A stretch of 64,000 nucleotides of DNA. It comes from Octopus sinensis (taxonomy: Eukaryota). The position numbers and the translations under genes are program-made. Numbering within the stretch: the first letter of the stretch is position 1; each line of letters starts with the position of its first letter. Location: contig NC_042998.1 of NCBI RefSeq assembly GCF_006345805.1, forward strand, positions 1,674,001-1,738,000. Direction: 5' to 3'. Of this stretch, positions 1 to 13,776 are shown piece by piece. The notes below the pieces were generated by a model that saw only the letters and a program-made list of their open reading frames with translations, was not told the DNA's origin and ran no database searches.

Positions 1-441
1 GTAGCTTTTTTGTGCATTTTGTTTGCAGAAAATAAAGAAATAAAAGTAATAACGTTTAATAAATGTTGCTTACTGCAAGTTATGGATGATTCTTTTATGA
101 CTTCATTGCTTTCAGGCTTAGCTTAAGGGATTTTCATGCCCAACATCACAAAATGCGTCTGAATAAACATTGCCGGACAGCAAATAGAGATTTGCACATT
201 GCTTAGAAAATAATTTTCATTTTTAACCTCGTATATAGTACGCACTAGGGATTTTGACCATTAAATTATGGGGGGGGGGTGATGCGGATTATACTCGAGG
301 ATTTACGGTTAGTCAACCTTAGCAGCGTTTGAACTCGAAGGTTATCTTTAATAGCAACAACAATAATAACCAGTCGCTTTGGGGGCCTTTACTTCGTTGA
401 CTGACCTGTTAGAGATATTAGCCAAGCTCACATTAAATAAT

Positions 442-836
442 CTTTTCTGCTCTAGGCACAAGGTCCGAAACTTTTGGGGGAGGGGGCCAATCCAGTAGAT
501 CGACCCCAGTATGTAACTGGTACTTAATTTATCGACCCGAAAGGATGTAAGGCAAAGTCGACCTCCGCGCAATTTGAATTCAGAACGTAAAGACAAAATA
601 CCTATTTCTCTACTACCCACTAGGGGCTACACACAGAGGGGGACAAACAAGGACAGACAGACGGATTAAGTCGATTATATCGACCCCAGTCCATAACTGG
701 TACTTATCTAATCGACCCCGAAAGGATGAAAGGCAAAGTCGACCTCGGCGGAATTTGAACTCCGAACGTAAAGACAGACGAAATACAGCTACGCATTTCG
801 CCCAGCGTGCTACCGTTTCTGCCAGCTCGCCGCCTT
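442..836 (-). mobile_element. Dimeric tRNA-derived SINE (family A) with 15-bp TSD
   Basis: Minus strand: tRNA-like head AGGCGGCGAGCTGGCAGAAACGGTAGC..GGAGTTCAAATTCC, then two copies of the core GTCGACTTTGCCTT..CATCCTTTCGGGTCGAT. Perfect direct repeat CTCACATTAAATAAT at 427-441 and 837-851. Confidence 0.9.
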
Positions 837-979
837 CTCACATTAAATAATGCAATACGAGAAAGGAATTGGGATGTCCACAGCTGCAATGCAGTTGATC
901 AAAGGTGGACTTGTTCAGGTTCGGTTTGGGACTAAACAAAAATAAAGGGTACAATGATAATAATAATAATAATAATAAC

Positions 980-1363
980 AATTTCAAATTCTGGTTCAAG
1001 GCCAGCAAGTTCTGGGGCGGAACCAGTTCGATTACATCGATCCCCAGTGTTCGACTGACACTTATTCTATTGACCCCGAAAGGATGAAAGGCAAAGTCGA
1101 CCTCGGCGGAACTTGAACTCAGAACGTAAAGACGGGTGAAATACGTATTTCTTTACTACCCACAAGGGGCAAAACACAGAGCGGACAAACGGATTAAGTC
1201 GATTATATCGACACCAGTGCGTAACTGGTACTTATTTAATCGACCCCGAAAGGATGAAAGGCAAAGTCGACCTCGGCGGAATTTGAACTCAGAACGGAGC
1301 GGCAGACGAAATACTGCTGAGCATTTCGCCCGTCGTGCTAACCACTCTACCAGCTCGCCACCT
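980..1363 (-). mobile_element. Second dimeric family A SINE
   Basis: Same two-core layout and the same internal junction (GAAATAC-N-TATTTCTTTACTACCCAC) as 442-836. Confidence 0.85.
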
Positions 1364-2034
1364 GAAGTACAACAATAGCAAAAAAAAAACAATAACAACA
1401 ACAACAACAGCAACCACAACAACGACAACAATAATGAGAACAATTTCATGAAGATAAAGTTCGATAAACTGAAGGAGAAAAACTGAAGAGGTGGATAAGA
1501 AAATGTCAAAGAACTTACCTAAAGGAACAGCCTGAACTTACCTGCGCATTAATCAATGTAATTTATAGGTAATTTCCCAGCGAGCGGAATTCGCGGTCCG
1601 GTTTCGATTCCCGACCGAATTTGTTTTGTTTTTGTTACTTTTTCTTTGTTTTTTTAATGCCCAGAAGAAGATAATATTCTTAGGAAAAGCATGCGCATCA
1701 CAACATAACATTTTCCTCTCCCTTTAAAATTTGGAACTTTTGAAACGGGTGGAAAGTTAACCAATACTTTACCCACGTGACAGGAATCGTAGAACAGAGC
1801 TACAATGCGTCTTTGGAGAAGAAAAAAAAACAAAGCAAAAAGAACAGCGATGATCCAGTATGGCCGGAGCCGAATGGCTGAAACTAGTAAAAAAAAACAA
1901 AAGAGCAGAACAACGGCCTTCTACTCGCCTCCCTCTTTTTTCCGCTTACTAATTAATTAAGCTGAAATCTTGAGCCTAATGAAATGTAATCAATCGATCA
2001 CTCAATCAATCAATCAATATGTACACACACAAAC

Positions 2035-2078
<44 letters not shown>

Positions 2079-2682
2079 ATATATATATATATATGTTTTG
2101 TTTTTTTTCTACTTACCAGTATTGATTATGATTGTATGAAGATTAAATAGCGGTTAAAAATTTGTTGAAGTTTAAAGACGATGGTTAGTGGCGGAGAAAG
2201 TCAATTATATCTGTATTTGTTTAAATCCTCATTAATCTTGATTCCGTAGAATAAACATATCGTATACAAACCGGCCTGTACATGGTTACACAAAACTATA
2301 AACACACACGCACACACACACTGACACACACACACACACAGACACAGATCAACACAGTTACACATATATCAGGGAAATAGAAATACGCAAACGTATACTC
2401 ACAAATGCATAATCCTCTGTCTCACTATCTCTCGTACACACACACACACATGTACGCACGCACGTACACGCACGTACACGCACGCGCAAACTCTCACACA
2501 GACAAATATGTTCATTCAGGCACCAGTATAAAGTGGCACGTGATGGACATTTGGCATTCTGATTGGATCCCCATGTTGCTAGGACAGCTGTTTTTCTTAA
2601 ACGTTGAACTCCCCACCCACACCCGTCGCTAAGAACCCACTCGCACACATTAAATCAGTCGGTGCCATCTTATCTTTTCTGC

Positions 2683-2723
<41 letters not shown>

Positions 2724-2849
2724 CTACAGTTAATCTGAGACAACGTGTATCACACATTGTTTATTCATAGACGCAGACATTTTACATAACAAATACCCAC
2801 ATTGCACGTTGATATGTACTCATAACTAAGTATATATTTATATGTCCGT

Positions 2850-3037
2850 GTGTGAGTGTACTTGTGTGTGTGTGTGTGTGTGTACAGGCACAAGTATGTA
2901 TATGTGAGTACTATGTATGTATAAGAAGCACGAATATATATATATACATATATGAATAAGTATATATATGTGGGTGGGTGTGGGTGGGTGTGGGTGGGCG
3001 CGCATGTGCATTGCATATACATATACGTATGTACAGA

Positions 3038-3069
<32 letters not shown>

Positions 3070-3102
3070 TAGATAGATAGATAGATAGATAGATATAGAT
3101 AG

Positions 3103-3136
<34 letters not shown>

Positions 3137-3213
3137 ATTGATACATACATACATACATACATACATACACACATGCATGTATGCATGAGTGTGTGTGTGT
3201 GAGTATAGGTATG

Positions 3214-3294
<81 letters not shown>

Positions 3295-3541
3295 TATAGG
3301 GATTGATATATACATGTATGTGCGCATGTATTTATGTACGTATGTGTGTATATATGTATATATATATTACATATACATATACGTATGTACAGATAGACAG
3401 ACAGATACATACATACATTTATACATGCATGAGTGTGTGTGTGTATTTATATAGGGATTGATATAAACATATGTGCATATATGCATGTACGTATGTATTT
3501 ATGTATGTATATATGTATGTATGTATATATGTACGCATATA

Positions 3542-3578
<37 letters not shown>

Positions 3579-3580
3579 AT
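2850..3580. repeat. Compound microsatellite (TG, GATA/GACA, GA, TACA, TA)
   Basis: Directly visible simple repeats; these generate the overlapping IY/CV/LSIY ORFs. Confidence 0.95.
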
Positions 3581-4054
3581 ATAGTAAACTGGGTGAAATT
3601 TCGTTGGTAGATTTTATTAAAATACATATTCAAAGTTAATAATGATAATGACATCAAATCTTTTAGCCGCAGTTGTCCAACGCTGACAATGCAAAGACGA
3701 CAAACAACTCGACGGGGCTTATATTGCAATAATAATAAATTTCTTAGCTTGGTGCAAAGCCTTAGTTACATAATGTTTAATGTGTTGCCAAGGGATACAT
3801 CATAGATCCCCCACCCCACCTCGCCTCTTATAACAGGCTCAACATTTTCAGTTTATCTATTACAGCACTTTTACTGGTTCCTATAAGGTATTATATAACA
3901 ATATTGTCAAATCCAATTCACTCTGTTAGTATGCTCGGAAATCAGAGGTTATCAGAGAAATCTAAACTATTGATATATTACATCAAGACTAACCCTGAAA
4001 AAAATTATAAGTTAAAGGTTAATACATGTAATAAGGTACTCAAAAATAATTCGC

Positions 4055-4447
4055 TACTAGTAGTATCGCCCGGCGTTGCTCGGGTTTGTTTCGACCCTTC
4101 AGAATTGGAATTTTTGAAAAGTGAAAACTTTGCATTATGTAGCTTGTTATTCTCTTTAAGTCAACATTTTTCTAGTTGAAATACACCGAAAAATGGCGAC
4201 ACAGCAGTCAAAATATCGTAAAAAGATAGGGATTTTCATAGAAAAAAAAAAGCACCTTTTTGATGTAAATAATTTTTGTTCTTAACATGGTCCGATTTTT
4301 TCTTCTGCGGAATGAAGAGCAAGCCTTCTTCTATCATACTCTCAATTTTGGTCAACTTGCGCTGCAGGGTTTCGGAGGAGATAGTGTTAGTTGAAGGCTA
4401 CCAAACCTGCCACACACAGACAACTTCAGCTTTATATATATATAGAT
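4055..4447. mobile_element. Non-autonomous Helitron/Helentron-like element
   Basis: Begins TACTAGTAGTATCGCCCGGCGTTGCTCGGG and ends CAGCTTTATATATATATAGAT, terminal motifs typical of invertebrate DINE-1/Lep1-like rolling-circle elements. Non-coding. Confidence 0.55.
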
Positions 4448-4459
4448 TAATAGAAATAT

Positions 4460-4985
4460 ACTTCTTAGTTTGAAGGTGAAGGAAAATGGAGAAGGCAGAC
4501 GATATTGTTAGCATCTCTGAAAGGAGGAGATAAATTCCAGACTGTTCTTGATAAAACAAACTGCATCCGGTGATGAGGCTGCAACTTAAGAGTTGAGGAA
4601 TTTCAGGTCATATGGAACAATTCCTTAGTCGTCATTATTTCCAAGTCCGCTCGGGTCCTGGAATGGTAGTACATCTCAAGGACCCTGGTTATGCGTCAGT
4701 CAGCAGAAGATGGTCCTGTAGCTGAATGATAAGGGATTTGGAAAATGGCTCATCTCTAGACATGTAGTACACAAGCCCACCAGTACGTGGACATGCCTCA
4801 ATATCACTTGAACAAGACCCCTTATCATCCCCATACTCTTACCTCCGTGCCAAAATATTAATAAGGCCCTCTGTTTCAAGACTAAGCTCTAGAAAGCTGA
4901 AGACAAGCTGAATAAACTGTAAAGAAGCCGACAGAAGATACCGGGCAAACTATTTCTGTAACCTGCCCAAAGAACATTATAAATC
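4460..4985 (+). pseudogene. Possible highly decayed RTE-type LINE fragment
   Basis: Near 4925-4985, ..ADRRYRANYFCNLP.. loosely resembles the RTE linker motif (TARRCANxYW). Many stops. Confidence 0.3.
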
Positions 4986-5049
4986 TTCAGACTCCGGAAT
5001 AGAGATCCATCACTGCTGACGCCTTAAGGCATGGGGCACATGAAGGAAG

Positions 5050-5340
5050 AAGAAGTTCCGGGTTCAGTCCCACTTCTACTATAATCTTAGGCCGACTAAA
5101 TCCTTGTGAATGGATTCGGTAGGCGGAAACTGAAAGAAATCCGTCGTATATGTATGTCTTTGTGTCTGTGTTTGCCCCCGCCAACCGGTGTTGGTGTGTT
5201 TACGTTTTCCCGTAACTAAGCGGTTCGGCAAAATAGACCGATAAAAGAAGTACTAGGGTTAATTTGCTTATTTAAAAAACCCTTCGAGGCGGTGCCCCAG
5301 CATAACCGCAATCAAATGACTACAGCAAGTAAAAGATAGA
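5050..5340 (+). mobile_element. tRNA-derived SINE family B (5' degraded)
   Basis: GTTCCGGGTTCAGTCCCAC..GGCCGACTAAATCCTTGTGA..CGGAAACTGAAAGAA..GCCCCAGCAT..CAAATGACT matches the full copy at 51606-52022. Confidence 0.8.
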
Positions 5341-5938
5341 AGATGATTAGAAGGAACGACTGATCTTTGTAGACAGACCAGGGAATCAGACACTGATACG
5401 TTCCGATCTTGTTGGATCTCATTACCATCGTGTAGTCAACTACACAGAGGCCTGCTTTGATCAGTTGACAATAATGGTTTTTGACGTATAGAGTAAGCGT
5501 TACAAAGATGTAGGATTGATAATAATTAAGATAACACAAACGGGCCAATGTCATCATTTTCAATACGTCAAGAGAATGATATATTGAATAAATACTCAAG
5601 AAAAGGAATCTCTTGAAAACCAAAAACGTTCGGATTCATTTTAAGAATTTATTGCGATGACACGATAGCTTTAACGTGTCTTAGTTACAGTTTTCGTCTA
5701 TTTGTCACTCTTGCAGTTTCGAGAGATAAAAATATAATTACAAGAGTTAAAGACGACTGGGATTTTTTACCATCTTCCAGCTTTCAATTAGTGCAAATCG
5801 ATCAAGTCTGTCGTCTCAGTTTATTTTTCCAGCTCTGAGTGTGCTTGAACACATATACATACACCCACGAACGAATGCATGCTCACACACACGAAGGAAC
5901 TCTGTACCCATACAACATAAATATTCATAATATATATA

Positions 5939-5997
<59 letters not shown>

Positions 5998-6151
5998 ACG
6001 CGTTCATATAAACAATATACATGTAGCCGATTTGGTGGTGCAATCGATAAATGGGTCATGTTTATAGACAATATCCTATTTCTGTCTCACGCTAGGAGTG
6101 CGAATGTATGTCCGCTGTATACCAAATCACTCAACCAAACAACACACATAG

Positions 6152-6326
6152 CAACGGAGTAACTAAGGGTGGGACAGGGGACGATCCGCCCCAAGCGATG
6201 CTTTTTATGGGAGCAACACTTCTGAATCTGTCATATAATCTTGTAGAGGCTGCACTATCGGTGGGGGAAGGGGGACGGGAAACTCAAAGGCTTCCTCCAT
6301 TGGTACACACTCGAGCTACGCCACTG
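6152..6326. mobile_element. hAT-like MITE
   Basis: Left end CAACGGAGTAACT; right end AGCTACGCCACTG (9/13 inverted match). Flanking 8-mers ACACATAG and TCACGTAG match 6/8, consistent with a decayed 8-bp TSD. Confidence 0.5.
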
Positions 6327-6668
6327 TCACGTAGAAATACCAACACAAATACATTTTTCTGTTTGTTTTTTTTAACCAAAAGAGCTTCTGCCTCAATCAC
6401 CACATCAAACAGGGAGCAGAACTAACATGTGGCTCTTCTCAGCCCTTCCATCACACCACATGGAACATGTGCGTTTCTCATTGCAAATGGATACATCCAA
6501 GTCTTTTGTCCTGGGCAGTTTTTTCTAATAAAACCAATATTTTCCCGACAGTTGCGGAGAGAGACAACCTCCGAAATAAAATGTTAAACGGTAATGGTAT
6601 GCAAATTAGTTGCCCCAGTTCTTTGGAGCGACCAGTCTTGATGTGTCTGTAAACAGAATGGCAACTAG

Positions 6669-6973
6669 TTTCCTTGTTTGTTTCTTCTCGAGCCACGCCT
6701 GGCTCATAAGGGCCGGTTTCCCGGTTTCCTTGGCGTATAGGTTCACCACCTGGACGGGACGCCTGTCTGTCACAGGTGAGCTCCAAGATGCAGGAGGAAA
6801 GAGTGAGAGAAAGTTGTGGCGAAAGAGTCAGCAGAAGTTCGCCATTACCTTCTGCCGGAGCCGCGTGGAGCTTTAGTGTTTCGCTCATAAACACACACAT
6901 CGCCCGGTCTGAGATTCGAACCCGCGATCCCACAACCGCGAGTCCGCTGCTCTAACCATTAGGCCATGTGCCT
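6669..6973 (-). mobile_element. tRNA-derived SINE family C, full length
   Basis: Head GGCACATGGCCTAATGGTTAGAGCAGCGGACTCGCGG..GGGTTCGAATCTC with pol III A and B boxes, followed by a non-tRNA body. A head-only relative lies at 42651-42742. Confidence 0.85.
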
Positions 6974-7140
6974 CCACACTAGTTTCCTTAGGATAGGTCA
7001 AATGATGTCGACCTCTTTGATGAGCCACTCCACCCCAATAAGAGCTGAAAATCGATTAAGGCTGGGTTTTTTTTTTCTTTTTTTTTTTGTTAAATCTACA
7101 GAGAAATGGGTAATTGGCGTGTTTGTATGCCTACTATATG

Positions 7141-7470
7141 AAGGTGCATGGCTCAGTGTTTAGCGCGTCGGGCTCACAATCATGAGGTAGTGGGTTCCAT
7201 TTCTGAACCGGGTTGTATGTTGTGTTCTTGAGCAAGACACTTTATTTCACGTCGCCCCATTTCACTCAGCTGTAGAAATGAGTTGTGACGTCACAGGTGT
7301 CAAGCTTATCGACTTTTGCCTTTCCCTTGGCTAACATCGATGGCGAAGAGAGAGGGGGCTGGTATGCATGGGCGACTGCTGGCCTTCCATAAACAACCTT
7401 GTTCGGACTTGTGTCTCGGATGGTAACTTTCCAGGTGCAACCCCATGGTCATTCATGACCGACGAGCGTC
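7141..7470 (+). mobile_element. tRNA-derived SINE family D
   Basis: GGTGCATGGCTCAGTGTTTAGCGCGTCGGGCTCACAATCATGAGG..GGGTTCCATTT head, then CTTGAGCAAGACACTT core-like motif. Confidence 0.75.
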
Positions 7471-8483
7471 CTTACCCTTTACATAGGTTTATCTATAATA
7501 AGGTAGTAGGGTATTTGCGTCCAGAGCGATTGAATCCAGGACAATTATGTCCTGCTCAAATATGTGGAGGTCGTTATCGTCCCAGGTCATTTACGTTAGT
7601 TTCTTTTAGTTTTTATTTATTTAATTATTTATTGCGGGTGGCGATTTGCATCTCGCCCTCTTTACATCCCACCAAACATGATATATAAGCACTATAGCAA
7701 GATTATAATTAGCAAACATAATATTTAGCAAAAATAATAATTCGCTAAAATAATAATTAACAAAAATATTAAACCTAATTTTATGTATGCTAAGCCTCTT
7801 ATCTCAGCTCAAAAGCGCAACTGTCTAATCAGAGTAATTGTAGGCAATGAGGTTGTGTCCACGTTTAGAATTGAGTTAATTAGTAAGAAATCCCAACATG
7901 CTACCAATCCTCATACTCTGTGTGTGTCCAGCACCGTTCTTTGATTTTGGAGTTTTGCGCATATTTACGCATAATTCTTTATTTTGTGTTTTACTTATTT
8001 CCCGATTTGCAAGTCGGATCATTCAAGATATATTTATATATTTGAAGAAAAGATTGGAGGGTGGAAGCGCGAAGATGATATTCATACGTGATATCGTGTA
8101 TGTATGTATGTATGTTTATTTGTATGTATATGTGTATATATGTATATACATACATAAACACACACACTCACACACAGATATATATATATATATATATGGA
8201 GGGAGAGGGCGGAACGCAAGCACGCAAAAACAAATATGGATTTATGTGTATGTATGCATTCATTTATATTTATATGCATGGCATAATGTAATAATACTGA
8301 TATACAGCAGCAAAAGTTTAAAATATTAATAAAAACCTGCAATCCTTAACTGTATGTTACAATCCTAAAGTAAAATGAATTTTCACACAAGTCTTATCCA
8401 CAGCACGCCAATGACCTCAACGCATTTGCAGCGATTCAGTTATCCAGAATGCAGTTGACAGAATGCAGTGGTTGAACTGATTT

Positions 8484-8700
8484 ATTATATAGAATCCGTT
8501 CTGTCTGTGTGTGTCTTCTAGGATCTCGGGCATCCTCCATCCGATTGCGCTCAAATTTGATATGTAGATACTGACGGTATAAGGGCATGTATAAGTCTTG
8601 AAAAAATTACAAAAATTGATTCCAGGTGAGAATGTGATCGATAAAGCCGTTTTTGTCCTGCTTTTCTTCCGTTAAACCTTTACATAACTGCACCTTCCAT
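8484..8700. mobile_element. DINE/HINE-like non-autonomous element fragment
   Basis: TATATAGAATCCGTTCTGTCTGTGTGTGTC..CCGATTGCGCTCAAATTTG layout is typical of Helentron-associated repeats. Confidence 0.35.
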
Positions 8701-8929
8701 TTTTTTGTTGTTTTTGTACTGCTTAAAGGCACGTTTCTTTCCTACCAAGCTTACTGTTTAAACCATGTTTGTGTTCTCCCAGTGAACAGCCTTATCATTA
8801 CTGGTACTCTAAACTCTTCAGTTGCATAGTTGTGTGAATAAAATCGTTTTTCTTTGGAATAGAAAAAAAGTCTATCTTTATTTCTTCTTTTGCTGGTGTC
8901 TCAAATTTGGGTTAAATCAGTGTTTCTCA

Positions 8930-10420
8930 AGGGGAGGCCTATGGGATGGTCGGACAAGATGTTTTAGGAAAATTTGATTTAAATGTTTGACAACTCAGCA
9001 CTGTCAATTGGACGGAGGGCGTTTTGCTCGTCTAACATATTTTAGAAAATGTGCGGGTACTATGGTTAGCTAAGTCAGGTTACTCAAAACAGGATATTTG
9101 AGTTCTCTTGCACCATATTGTTGGCAGAAGTATGACAGAAGTGTTTGGGTTTCGGAAAGTATTTAGTAACATCCTTTCATACTCTGTCTTCAAATCCTGA
9201 TGATGTTAACTGTGATTTCCACCCTTCAGGGATCCATGAAATAATTTACCATGTTTATAGATATTCTTGGAAGTCAGTGTAGATTGACTCTTGAAAAATG
9301 AAACTTGCATCTTTCTGGAAGACAGAGTCAACGAAAATATGTTGCAGCTCTGTATATATATTCCTGCAAAACATCCCAGTTCTAAATGGAGTTATAATTG
9401 CAGAAATATAAAATCAGTTCTCTCCAGACAGTATTTTAACTAAAGGCAAATTTTCTCGGAGGAAATTTTGTACAGGAATATTAGCAAGATTTAATAACAG
9501 AGTTATGTAAAGATGATATTGGAAGTGAGAGGTGTCAAACGAACACAGTCCTTAGTTTTGCGATGGTAAATAGTTTCAAAATTTAGTTGTATCTCTTCTG
9601 AGGGAATTACCATTATGTTAACTTATGCAAAATAACGATTCTTTTATCAATAAAAAATTAATTAATTCTGTGTATGATGTGGCTATCTTAATGTTTGTGT
9701 GCGTGTGTGTATGTTTTTCTGATAGGTGAAATTAATCCTAGGAAATAAAGCAGAATGTTAGAATCAAATTCAATTAACCTCGTTAAATATAATATATATT
9801 ATATTTGAACTCAGAACGTATCGACAGACGAAATGCCGCTAAGCATTTTGACAGCGTACTAACGGTTCTACCAGCTCGCCACCCTATGATAAAAAATTAA
9901 TATTAAAAAATAAGCCTTGGTGCAGTCTCTGCCTGGAATAAAAACTCTCCCTTTTCTAATTGAAATTCATGACCACGTTGTTGAGCAAGTTTACCATTTC
10001 AGTTATCCGGGAAGTATCCAAAACAAAGATGTCACAATAGCCGATGACATTTGAAGTCGTATTCGTCTTGTGCATACAACCTTCAGGAAATTTCACAAAA
10101 AGAGTTTCTTGAAGTAAAACCTGGATGCTTTTCGAATAGCCATAAAAATTAGAACACTTCTATTAGACGAAGCTTCAGGCCATCTTGCGCATACATTGCT
10201 CAGACTACAATACGAATAATAATTAAATCGTTGATTGGACTAAAATGGAGTAAAGCTAGCTGAGGTGAGTTAGCTATGTTCAGAAAATGTCCGCAATGGA
10301 TAGCTGAGGTGCTTATGTAAGGAGAGTTGCAGGTAGGAATACGTCCAATAAGAGAACCGGGGCAGCGATGCAAGGATCAACTAAAGCCAGTATTCATCAA
10401 AAACTTGAAATATTGATGAT
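8930..10420 (+). pseudogene. Decayed RTE-clade LINE
   Basis: Strongest at the 3' part, about 10300-10390: ..GELQVGIRPIREPGQRCKDQLK matches the RTE C-terminal GEL..G.R..G...R.KD.LK motif. 5' part (QDVLGKF) only weakly endonuclease-like. Confidence 0.55.
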
Positions 10421-11094
10421 TCCTCGTGGACGCCCCAATTCTCATATCCTCGACCTGAGCGTTCTCCTTTTCGGTCAAAAATAGAACACACAGAAAGATC
10501 CATTGCAACCAAACTCTCTACATCGAGAGAAGCTAATGATGATAGCAGCTAAAATAATGGGATGCTCACAGCTGGAACACTTTTCGTCATTAGTTCGTTC
10601 AGTAGGGTTTAATCAAGGATTAAAAAACAACAATATCATTTCGTCATTCTTTTATTTTATTTATTTATCTTTTTACGGGTTTCGGTCATTCGACTCTATT
10701 AATTAATATCGCCATTCGGCAGTATTAATCATTTTCCATTATTAGCAGTTTAGTTCTTCTGTCTCTCATCGTGTGGAGACTTGCCTCTTTTTTATGGTTT
10801 CTATTAATTTTGCCTTGTTTGTCTTTTTGCTTTTGTTGTGTTTTCGTTCTTTTTTTTTTGTTTGTTTTTAGGAGTTTTGTGTGTTCTATTTCATTCGCTG
10901 TTGTGGTTGTCATCACGACTAGAATCACTGCTGACACGCTCTCGCGCGTGCGTCATGATTGCTGCTGCTCCAGTTACAACAGCTGCCCTGACCAATGGTG
11001 TTGTTGCAGTTCTTGTAGTTGACTGAGTTCTTTATTACTTTGCTAGTATGTACGTATGTACGTATGAATGTATGTATGTTTATATATGTATATA

Positions 11095-11164
<70 letters not shown>

Positions 11165-11167
11165 ATA

Positions 11168-11208
<41 letters not shown>

Positions 11209-11272
11209 ATATATGTGTGTGTGTGTGGTGTGTGTGTGTGTGTGTGTGTATAATATTATATATACATATATC

Positions 11273-11365
<93 letters not shown>

Positions 11366-11376
11366 ATGTATATGTG

Positions 11377-11444
<68 letters not shown>

Positions 11445-11447
<3 letters not shown>

Positions 11448-12560
11448 GGTGCGTAAGATATTTGAGGACAGATTTATGTTTATAAAAAAAAACAGATATA
11501 TAATTACAGATAATAACTTTATTTATCAAAAAATGCTATGAGGATAAAAATAAACTTTCTCTTCTATAATCTTATTCAATAAAGCCACCTTCAGCTTCAA
11601 CAACTGCTTCTACATGAGATCTAAATCATCTACATGCTCTCGAATCAAGTGGTCCTGGTTCATTTTGGACATTACTCTGATTATGCCAGCTTTCAAAGAA
11701 TCTTTGGTGTTATTGGCGTGTTCATTGACCTCTCCGTCAACAACGCTCCACATGTGACAGTCCAATGGATTGAGAACTAGGGAATTAGGAGGTCAAATAT
11801 TAGCGGTTATGTGATCATGAAAGATTTTCCAGTCATCCATTCCTGTGTTACTGGAGTCATGTGCGATAGTGCAGGGTCATACTGAAACACATACGGACTT
11901 CCATTACATACACTGTCTAGCCAGGGCTTAACAATTATTTCCAGTACTTCAATGTAGGCGGCAGAGTTAACTCTAAGGCCTTGTGGAAAGGAGTAAGGAG
12001 GCTCTACATGTCCTTCATTGCTGACAACCCCTAAAACCATGACAGTCGTAGGAAATTTTGTATGTTTAACACTTGGACCTTCAGAAGAATCTGCACATAA
12101 GCATCTGTCATTTCTTCTGTTAACTTATTGATCTTGATCGAAGTTTTCCTCATTTGAGAAAAACCAAATCAAATCTTCTGCTGGGTTTTTCAGCTTGTTT
12201 AAGAGCTTTTTAGATCTGATGTAGTGATTTTCTTTTGTTTTTCTGACAAATTGACCTTTTCTCACCATATAAGACTTATATCTGATGTCTTCGTGGACGT
12301 TTCTGACTGTTCCTTCGGACACTTAGAGTTTCTGAGATTGTAGTTGAACTTGCTGGGTAAATTCGGGTATTCTGATGATATCAGAGCGTTTAGAATGCTT
12401 TTTATGCTTTGATACTGGTGATACGTTTCCATCATCACTCTCTGGCAACTTATAAAAATCGAGATATTTCTAAATCGCTATGCTCAGCCTTTATAACCAC
12501 AATAACAGCATGCCTCTTCATTTCTTGAGTAAGCTGAGGGTCTGCCAAAATTTTTTTTCT
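11445..12560 (-). mobile_element. maT (DD37D, Bmmar1-like) transposon, disabled transposase
   Basis: Minus-strand WFFSNEENFDQDQ, VMVLGVVSNEG, YVFQYDPALSH motifs. TA + CAGGGTGCGTAAGATA terminus at 11445. Other end lost next to a SINE head at about 12565. Confidence 0.85.
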
Positions 12561-12804
12561 GTAAAGGCGGTGACCTAGCAGAACGGTTAGAACGCCGGGC
12601 GAAATGCTTAGCAGTATTTCGTCTGTCTTTACCTTCTGAGTTCAAATGTCTTCAAATATGTTAGGAACAAAAAAGTGAGTGTTTAGCATTGATATTAGCA
12701 TACGCGTGTGTATGTGTATGTGTGTGACTGTGTGTGTAACTATGTGTATGTACGTACGTACATATATGTATATATATATATATATATGTGTGTGTATATG
12801 TATG

Positions 12805-12836
<32 letters not shown>

Positions 12837-13156
12837 CAAGTATGTATATGTGTGTGTGTGTAGATAGATATATAGATAGATGAATGCTTGTGTATGTGCG
12901 TATGTGTGCGTGCGTGCATGTGTGTGTGTGTGTGCGTGCGCGCGTGTGTGTGTGTGCGTGCGTGCGCGTGTGTGTGTGTGTAGATTGTTACTCTTCAGTT
13001 CTTCGTATTTCTGTATTGCTCTGGTTGGCCTTTTTCCGTTTTATTTTCTCTGATATGATTATCTTAAGACAGATCGTATATTTTCATTTTTCTTATGGAT
13101 GGATGGATGGATGTATGCATGTACGTGTGTGTGTTTGTATATATAATGATAATATA

Positions 13157-13195
<39 letters not shown>

Positions 13196-13201
<6 letters not shown>

Positions 13202-13740
13202 AAAAGCAATTAAGATTCAAGTCAATTCCAATGAATTTACTTGAATATGGTACTTGACTTAGATGCACCAGAAAACTATATGGTGTTAACCATACAGTAA
13301 TGTGGGGTGATTATAAACGAGAAAGAAGCAACAAGAATGGATTAGTTTTTAGTACAATTGTTTCATACAAAGACAGGCTTTATTACAAGTTGCAAAAATT
13401 GCAGCAGATAAAAGTGTCCCGTACTCATCAGCTAAAATACATATGAGTTCTCCAAACATCTTAGTGGGTGAGGCTATACTCATGAAGTATTGGAGATAAT
13501 TTCATTAAAGGCAGATTTAGGTTGCAAACAGATTTCCAAAGTTCTTTAATGATGATGCACAGTCTTATCACAGGTTCTTAAAAGCTTATTAGCTTCACAG
13601 AGAAGGTGAATTAATCCGTAGTGTAGATGTAAATTTCCAGAGATATGAGGAGGATGATACACAGACTTATCACAGGTTTTTAAAAGCTTATTAGCTTCAC
13701 AGCTATAAGCATATATAAGCATATATACATACGTATATTA
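13196..13740 (-). mobile_element. PLE pseudo-LTR-like element (HHR family F1)
   Basis: Microsatellite-flanked, contains the HHR at 13347-13437, and is homologous to 55597-55825 (GATGCACCAGAA..GGGGTGATTATAA; CATTCTTGTTGCTT). Confidence 0.7.
13347..13437 (-). ncRNA. Type I hammerhead ribozyme (F1)
   Basis: Minus strand: TTTTAG-CTGATGA-GTACG...TGTAT-GAAA-CAATTG-TA-CTAAAA. Complete core, 6-bp stem I, palindromic stem III, GUA cleavage triplet. Confidence 0.9.
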
Positions 13741-13776
13741 CATACTTACATCTGTACGTGTATATATATACTTTCT

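Noticed and set aside
60-170. Possible minus-strand exon ending at GCA/GTAAGC near position 70
   Set aside because: Only one short open frame and a weak acceptor; unsupported without transcripts.
6880-6973. tRNA genes at SINE heads (also 42651-42742, 7141-7215, 51950-52022)
   Set aside because: A/B boxes are present, but each runs into a SINE body and lacks a complete cloverleaf and acceptor stem.
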